A stretch of DNA of 64,000 bases, taken from positions 9,188 to 73,187 of the forward strand of contig JACPGX010000005.1 in assembly GCA_016188865.1 (NCBI GenBank), written 5' to 3'. Both the position numbers and the translations under genes were made by a program. The notes under the pieces were generated by a model. The model did not search any database and had not been told where the DNA came from. It saw only the letters and a program-made list of their open reading frames with translations. The stretch's first letter is position 1; each line of letters starts with the position of its first letter. The DNA is from Candidatus Nealsonbacteria bacterium. Lineage in GTDB: Bacteria; Patescibacteriota; Minisyncoccia; Minisyncoccales; MHMH01. Positions 58,576 to 64,000 of this stretch are shown here, piece after piece.

Positions 58576-58664
58576 TTTTTGACTATTGACAAATTTTTCA
58601 ATTTGAATAAAATAGGAATTAGCGTTTATAAACTAAAATAATAATTAATAAATAATAAAAAATT

Positions 58665-59864
58665 ATGGCGGAAAAAGAAAAATTCGAAAGGGGAAAGCCC
58701 CACGTTAATGTAGGCACGATCGGCCACGTCGACCACGGCAAAACTACGCTTACTGCCTCAATTCTTCATGTTTTAAACTTGAAGGGTTTTAGAGCTACCG
58801 AGAGAAGCGTTGACCAAATTGATTCTGCTCCCGAAGAAAAAGCTAGAGGTTTGACTATTTCTATTTCTCACTTGGAGTATGAGTCAGATAAAAGGCACTA
58901 TGCTCATATCGATTGCCCGGGGCACGCTGATTATATTAAAAATATGATTACCGGAGCCGCCCAAATGGATGGAGCCATTTTGGTAGTTTCAGCTCCAGAC
59001 GGCCCTATGCCTCAAACCAGAGAGCATATTCTTCTGGCCAGACAAGTGGGATTGCCTTCTATAGTTGTTTTCTTGAATAAATGCGATGCTGTTGACGATC
59101 CGGAAATTATCGACTTGGTTGAATCAGAAGTGAGAGAACTTTTGAATAAATATAAGTTCCCTGGAGATACCACGCCGATTATCAGGGGTTCGGCTTTGAA
59201 GGCCCTTGATGCAAAATCAGCTGACGATGAAGCGGCAAAGCCGATTCTCGAGTTAGTTAAAACTTTAGATGAATATATTCCAGAGCCAGTTAGAGAAATT
59301 GCCAAGCCGTTTTTAATGGCCATTGAAGACGTTTTTTCAATAGAAGGCCGCGGCACAGTTGCCACGGGCAGAATTGAAAGAGGCGTTATAAAACCGAACG
59401 AAGAAGTTGAGTTAGTCGGCATTAAACCGACCGGCAAAACAGCCGCAGTAAGCATTGAAATGTTCCAAAGGATATTAGATGAGGGAAGGGCAGGCGATAA
59501 TGTTGGCATTCTTTTAAGAGGATTGAAGAAAGAAGATGTTGAGAGAGGGCAGGTTTTAGCAAAGCCGAGCTCTATCACTCCGCACACTGAATTTGATGGT
59601 GAGGTTTATATCCTAGCTAAAGAAGAAGGCGGCCGTCATACTCCATTCTTCCCCGGATACAAACCGCAGTTTTACATTAGAACGACCGATGTGACAGGAG
59701 AAGTAACTTTGCCGGAGGGTACGGAAATGGTTATGCCGGGAGACACCGTTAATCTGAAAATCAAGCTTATTGCCCCGGTAGCTCTGGAAGAGCAGCAAAG
59801 ATTCGCTATCAGGGAAGGCGGCAAAACCGTTGGCGCAGGCGTTGTTACCAAAATATTAAAATAA
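58665..59864 (+). CDS. tuf: Elongation factor Tu
   Basis: [25 protein letters not shown]. Confidence 0.99.
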   Translation: MAEKEKFERGKPHVNVGTIGHVDHGKTTLTASILHVLNLKGFRATERSVDQIDSAPEEKARGLTISISHLEYESDKRHYAHIDCPGHADYIKNMITGAAQMDGAILVVSAPDGPMPQTREHILLARQVGLPSIVVFLNKCDAVDDPEIIDLVESEVRELLNKYKFPGDTTPIIRGSALKALDAKSADDEAAKPILELVKTLDEYIPEPVREIAKPFLMAIEDVFSIEGRGTVATGRIERGVIKPNEEVELVGIKPTGKTAAVSIEMFQRILDEGRAGDNVGILLRGLKKEDVERGQVLAKPSSITPHTEFDGEVYILAKEEGGRHTPFFPGYKPQFYIRTTDVTGEVTLPEGTEMVMPGDTVNLKIKLIAPVALEEQQRFAIREGGKTVGAGVVTKILK

Positions 59865-60197
59865 ATGGCCAAACCAGAAGCAGCACCAGAAATAAAGTCC
59901 AAGCTTCGCATTAAGCTTAGGGCTTACGATCACAAAGTTATTGATAAGTCGGCTCGCGAGATTTGCGAGACTGCCTTGCGCTATGGTGCTGAAGTTTCTG
60001 GTCCCGTGCCATTGCCTACAGAAACCAACAAGTACACGGTTAACAGGTCAAGCTTCATTCATAAGGACGCCAGAGAACAATTTGAAATGAGAGTTCACAA
60101 GCGTTTGATTGATATTTTGAATCCCAACCCCAGAGTGATCGATGCTTTAATGAGTCTTACTCTTCCGTCGGGCGTTGACATCGAAATAAAAATGTAA
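59865..60197 (+). CDS. rpsJ: 30S ribosomal protein S10
   Basis: [30 protein letters not shown]. Confidence 0.99.
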   Translation: MAKPEAAPEIKSKLRIKLRAYDHKVIDKSAREICETALRYGAEVSGPVPLPTETNKYTVNRSSFIHKDAREQFEMRVHKRLIDILNPNPRVIDALMSLTLPSGVDIEIKM

Positions 60198-60200
60198 CTC

Positions 60201-60230
60201 ATCAAAGACTCCCGCAAGGGAGTTTTTGAT
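60201..60230 (+). terminator. Terminator between rpsJ and rplC
   Basis: aaagactccc-gcaa-gggagttttt. Confidence 0.75.
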
Positions 60231-60238
60231 TATAGGTG

Positions 60239-60266
60239 TTGACACAAAATTTAGCATGTGTATAAT
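60239..60266 (+). promoter_or_regulatory. Internal promoter upstream of rplC
   Basis: TTGACA-N16-TATAAT with a TG extension. Confidence 0.7.
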
Positions 60267-60366
60267 GGAGACTATGAGTAGTATACTATCTATTTGGTAC
60301 GTCTTATGACGGAAAAATAGAACAAGTACTAACCAATCATTCGCGGGGTTAGTGCCCCGTCTTTTT

Positions 60367-60906
60367 ATGAAATTTATTTTGGGACAAAAATTAAAAATGT
60401 CGCAGATATTCGATGAAAAGGGGAATGTGGTCCCCGTAACTTTAGTTGAGGCAGGTCCTTGTTCTGTTACGCAAGTAAAGACCAAAGAAAAAGATGGTTA
60501 TGAGGCTATGCAGATTGAGTATAAAAAGAAAAGAAGAGAAAGCCCGGCTTGGGGAGGAAATGTTGGCGACATTATTGACGTTTCTATTTTCCATGAAGGC
60601 GACAAGGTTAAAGTTTCTGGAATTTCTAAGGGTAAGGGTTTTACGGGCGCAGTAAAAAAATGGGGGTTTAAGGGCAGGTTGTCTGCAACCCACGGAACCA
60701 AGCACGAGCTTCGAACGCTTGGTTCAACCGGCAGTTCCCAGCCCGATAGATTAAGAAAAGGCAGAAAAATGGCTGGCCGCATGGGAGCAGAAAGAGTGAC
60801 GGTTAAGAATTTAAAAATCGCTAAAGTTGATAAGGAGAAAAATTTATTGATGTTAAAAGGAGCAGTTCCCGGCCCCAGAGGAACTTTGCTGGAGATACGA
60901 GGGTAA
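60367..60906 (+). CDS. rplC: 50S ribosomal protein L3
   Basis: ILGQKLKMSQIF, PVT, SKGKGF.G, MAGRMG, KGAVPG. Confidence 0.97.
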   Translation: MKFILGQKLKMSQIFDEKGNVVPVTLVEAGPCSVTQVKTKEKDGYEAMQIEYKKKRRESPAWGGNVGDIIDVSIFHEGDKVKVSGISKGKGFTGAVKKWGFKGRLSATHGTKHELRTLGSTGSSQPDRLRKGRKMAGRMGAERVTVKNLKIAKVDKEKNLLMLKGAVPGPRGTLLEIRG

Positions 60907-60908
60907 TT

Positions 60909-61553
60909 ATGTTAATTAAAACTTACGATCAAACAGGCAAGGAGTTAAGTCAAACGCGTTTGCCCGCAGAAGTTTTTGGAATAGAAATAAATCAGGATTT
61001 AGTATATCAGGTAGTTGTATCGCAGGCTGCTAATCGCAGGCAGGTTTCAGCTCATACCAAGCAAAGAGGAGAGGTTTCTGGGGGAGGTAAAAAACCCTGG
61101 CGCCAGAAAGGCACGGGCAGGGCAAGGCATGGTTCTATTAGGTCTCCTTTGTGGCGAGGCGGCGGAGTGGTTTTTGGCCCGAGAAAAGAAGAAGTTTATA
61201 AAAGGAAAATTAATCAAAAAATGAGAAGAAAAGCCTTATTTATGGTTTTGTCGGAAAAGGCAAAAAATAATTCGTTAATAATTTTAGATGAATTAAAATT
61301 AGAAACAGTCAAGACTAAGTTTTTAGCTAAATTAATTGAAAATTGGAAATTGAAAATTGAAAATTTTAAGGACGGGTCTTTATTGATTGCTTTGCCGGTA
61401 ATTGATAAAAATGTGATTTTAGCTGCCAGAAATTTACCCAGAATTGAAGTTATGCAGGCAAAAGACTTGAATGTTTTAGATTTACTGAATTTTAAATACT
61501 TGTTAATGCCGAAAGATTCTATCAAAGTAATAAAAGAAACTTTCATTAATTAA
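60909..61553 (+). CDS. rplD: 50S ribosomal protein L4
   Basis: GGGKKPWRQKGTGRARHGSIRSP. Confidence 0.98.
   Translation: MLIKTYDQTGKELSQTRLPAEVFGIEINQDLVYQVVVSQAANRRQVSAHTKQRGEVSGGGKKPWRQKGTGRARHGSIRSPLWRGGGVVFGPRKEEVYKRKINQKMRRKALFMVLSEKAKNNSLIILDELKLETVKTKFLAKLIENWKLKIENFKDGSLLIALPVIDKNVILAARNLPRIEVMQAKDLNVLDLLNFKYLLMPKDSIKVIKETFIN
61334..61361 (+). repeat. 4 x heptamer AATTG(A/G)A inside rplD
   Basis: aattgaa aattgga aattgaa aattgaa; lies in the IENWKLKIEN segment. Confidence 0.8.
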
Positions 61554-61557
61554 TATT

Positions 61558-61962
61558 ATGGCAATATTGGATATTTTTAAGAAAAAACCCTTCGACGCGG
61601 CTCAGGGCAAGCCCGCTAAAAAGATAGAAAAAGTTCCCAAAAAAGAGGAGCCCATTATTTCTAAGACCAAAAAAGTTTTGGGTCAGGCTTATAGAGTGCT
61701 AAGGAAACCGCACGTTACGGAAAAGGCCACCGATCTTACCAGCGTAAATCAATATGTTTTTGAAATTTTTCCGGGAGTCAATAAGAACCAAGTCAAAAAG
61801 GCAGTGGAAGATGCGTACGGCGTTGATGTGGTTGGCGTCAGAATGATTAATATTCCGCGAAAAAGAAGAAGGCTGGGGAGGATTGAGGGGTGGCAAGGCG
61901 CTTATAAAAAAGCCGTAGTTAGAATAAAAGAAGGTCAAAAGATAGAAGTTTTACCGAGATAA
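61558..61962 (+). CDS. rplW: 50S ribosomal protein L23 with N-terminal extension
   Basis: PHVTEKA, YVF, KKAVV. Confidence 0.95.
   Translation: MAILDIFKKKPFDAAQGKPAKKIEKVPKKEEPIISKTKKVLGQAYRVLRKPHVTEKATDLTSVNQYVFEIFPGVNKNQVKKAVEDAYGVDVVGVRMINIPRKRRRLGRIEGWQGAYKKAVVRIKEGQKIEVLPR
61588..61611 (+). repeat. 24-nt repeat copy in frame in rplW (PFDAAQGK)
   Basis: cccttcgacgcggctcagggcaag. Confidence 0.85.
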
Positions 61963-61963
61963 T

Positions 61964-62764
61964 ATGTTAAAAAATTACGCTACAAAAGAAGACTTCAGTT
62001 TGTTAGCTAAAAAAGAGCCGGAAAAAAGGCTGCTTTTGGCTTTGCCTAAAAAAGCAGGAAGGGGCCAGGGCGGGAGAATCACCGTCAGGCATCAGGGGGG
62101 AGGGGCTAAGCAGCTATATAGAATTATTGATTTTGGCCAGGAAAAAATTAATATAAAAGGCAAGGTTCAAGCCTTAGAATACGATCCGTTCAGGACCGCT
62201 TTTATAGCATTGATTCAATATGCAGATGGCGATAAGAGATATATTCTTGCTCCTAGCGGATTAAAGATTGGAGATGAGATAATCTGTCAGGATTTGGCCG
62301 AACTTAGCTCGGGCAATAGAATGAAATTAAAAAATATACAAGTAGGTTCTCTTGTGTATAATATTGAGATTGATCCGGGCCGCGGGGGAAAGCTGGTGAA
62401 ATCCGCGGGAACTGCCGCTAAGGTTTTGGCTCACGAAGGTAAATACACTCATTTAGAAATGCCGTCCGGTGAAATCAGGAAGTCTCTCCAAGAATGTTTT
62501 GCCAGTCTTGGAACAATTTCCAGGCCCGAGCACAAATACATGAAATTGGGCAAAGCCGGCAAGTCTCGTTATAGGGGAATAAGGCCATCTATCAGAGGAA
62601 CCGCCATGAATGCGGTTGATCATCCGCACGGCGGAGGAGAGGGCAAGACGTCGACTGGTTTAAAGTACCCCAAGACTCCGTGGGGAAAGCCGGCTCGGGG
62701 CGTTTTCACTAGAAAAAGAAGGTGGACGAATAAATTTATTATTCAAAGAAGAAAGAAAAAATAG
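61964..62764 (+). CDS. rplB: 50S ribosomal protein L2
   Basis: [30 protein letters not shown]. Confidence 0.98.
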   Translation: MLKNYATKEDFSLLAKKEPEKRLLLALPKKAGRGQGGRITVRHQGGGAKQLYRIIDFGQEKINIKGKVQALEYDPFRTAFIALIQYADGDKRYILAPSGLKIGDEIICQDLAELSSGNRMKLKNIQVGSLVYNIEIDPGRGGKLVKSAGTAAKVLAHEGKYTHLEMPSGEIRKSLQECFASLGTISRPEHKYMKLGKAGKSRYRGIRPSIRGTAMNAVDHPHGGGEGKTSTGLKYPKTPWGKPARGVFTRKRRWTNKFIIQRRKKK

Positions 62765-62766
62765 TT

Positions 62767-63120
62767 ATGTCAAGATCAATAAAAAAAGGCCCTTATGTGT
62801 TAGACAATTTGCTGAAGAAGACATCTTTGTTAAAGCAGGGCGCTAAGGCCATAATTAAAACTTGGTGCCGCTCTTGCAGCATTACTCCAGAAATGATTGG
62901 TTTTACTTTTGGGGTTCATAATGGCAGAGAGCATGTGGCGGTTTATGTAACAGAAGACATGGTTGGCCATAAATTAGGAGAATTTTCTCCCACTACTAGA
63001 TTTGGCAAGCACGGTGGAAGGATGCAGCGCGAATTGGAGGCAGCGGTCGTAGAAAAAGAAGCGGCAAAAGTCGAAGCAGCTAAGGCCCCAGCGCCAGAAA
63101 CCAAATCTAAATCTAAATAA
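62767..63120 (+). CDS. rpsS: 30S ribosomal protein S19
   Basis: [25 protein letters not shown]. Confidence 0.98.
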   Translation: MSRSIKKGPYVLDNLLKKTSLLKQGAKAIIKTWCRSCSITPEMIGFTFGVHNGREHVAVYVTEDMVGHKLGEFSPTTRFGKHGGRMQRELEAAVVEKEAAKVEAAKAPAPETKSKSK

Positions 63121-63123
63121 GAT

Positions 63124-63642
63124 ATGATGCGAGTTGCAGCAAAATTAAGATATTTAAGAATAGCACCCAGAAAGGTTCGCCTTGTTGCGGATTTAATCAG
63201 GGGTAAAACAATTGAGGAAGCTCAAGCTGCTTTAAATTTTACCGTAAAAAAGGCGGCCAAACCATTGTTAAGGCTTTTGAATTCGGCCATAGCCAATGCT
63301 AAAAATAATTTTCAACTGGACCCAGCTAATTTATATATTTTAAGCTTAAGTGTAGATGAGGGCCCAAAGACTAAAAGATGGATGCCCAGAGCCAGGGGTT
63401 CAGCTTATGAAATACAAAAAAAAGTTTCCCATGTGAATTTAGTTTTAGAAGAAATAAAAAAATCTAAAGGAGTAAAAACAAAAATAGTTGAGGAGAAGAA
63501 AGTGTCGCCGACAGTAACGGAGCAAGTTGAAAAACCCCAAAAAACAGAAAAACCCAAATTAAAGCCCCGCCTCCGTCAAGGCAGGCAAGCGGGAAAAGCC
63601 GAAGGGGCCATAAGAAAAATTTTCAGAAGACAAGTATTTTAA
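63124..63642 (+). CDS. rplV: 50S ribosomal protein L22 with Lys-rich C-terminal extension
   Basis: RIAPRKVRLVADLIRG, VDEGP, PRARG. Confidence 0.97.
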   Translation: MMRVAAKLRYLRIAPRKVRLVADLIRGKTIEEAQAALNFTVKKAAKPLLRLLNSAIANAKNNFQLDPANLYILSLSVDEGPKTKRWMPRARGSAYEIQKKVSHVNLVLEEIKKSKGVKTKIVEEKKVSPTVTEQVEKPQKTEKPKLKPRLRQGRQAGKAEGAIRKIFRRQVF

Positions 63643-63643
63643 T

Positions 63644-64000
63644 ATGAGCCATAAAGTTCATCCAAAATCTTTTAGATTGAGAGGACTAAGCGATTGGGAA
63701 TCAAGATGGTTTAATGCAAAAAGACTTCGAGAATATCTGGAAGAGGATTTTATAATCAGAAAATTTTTGGAGAAGCGCCTTAAAGATTCAAGCATTCAAA
63801 ATATTGAAATCGAACGTTCTCCGGGAAAAGTTGCCGTCATTATCAATTCAGCCAGGCCAGGCTTCATTATCGGCCGCGGCGGCAAGGGAGCAGAAGATTT
63901 GAAGAAAGAAGTAGAAAAGAAACTTCCTGCTCCGAAAGAAGGCAAAAGGGAACTAAAGATTGAGATTAGAGAAGTGAGAAACCCCTGGGCTTCAGCTTCA
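63644..64000 (+). CDS. rpsC: 30S ribosomal protein S3, 3'-truncated by window edge
   Basis: MSHKVHPKSFRL...WESRWF...ARPGFIIGRGGKG. Confidence 0.96.
   Translation, partial: MSHKVHPKSFRLRGLSDWESRWFNAKRLREYLEEDFIIRKFLEKRLKDSSIQNIEIERSPGKVAVIINSARPGFIIGRGGKGAEDLKKEVEKKLPAPKEGKRELKIEIREVRNPWASAS

Overview
AT-rich bacterial chromosome segment using the standard genetic code. Gene content and style suggest a Patescibacteria (CPR)/Parcubacteria-type genome (inference: core genes mostly lack Shine-Dalgarno sites; DUF5667, lamin-tail and prepilin-like surface proteins are present). Core genes: uvrA (partial), groES-groEL with a CIRCE element, lemA-htpX, dnaG-rpoD, greA, csp, hpf, pentose-phosphate genes (zwf-gnd fusion, rpiB, rpe, tkt, tal), rlmN, comEC, ndk, glgP, rpmB, and the str/S10 cluster (rpsL to partial rpsC). 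RNA genes: tRNA-Ser(GGA), tRNA-Pro(GGG), a tRNA-Asn(GTT) split by a 195-nt group I intron, and a probable compact 6S RNA. Most notable: (1) a tRNA-linked island with a LexA-DNA methyltransferase fusion, an HNH nuclease and a GTTC-N7-GTTC operator; (2) a NYN ribonuclease gene paired with a convergent, separately promoted ~56-nt hairpin RNA; (3) the intron-containing tRNA, whose flanks extend the acceptor stem by 14 perfect bp; (4) a RAYT-like transposase bracketed by palindromes, plus dispersed repeat families, one of which adds the same 8-codon element in frame to three unrelated proteins; (5) an SD-led deacylase-aminotransferase-beta-keto acid cleavage operon. All calls are by eye; no database searches were run.
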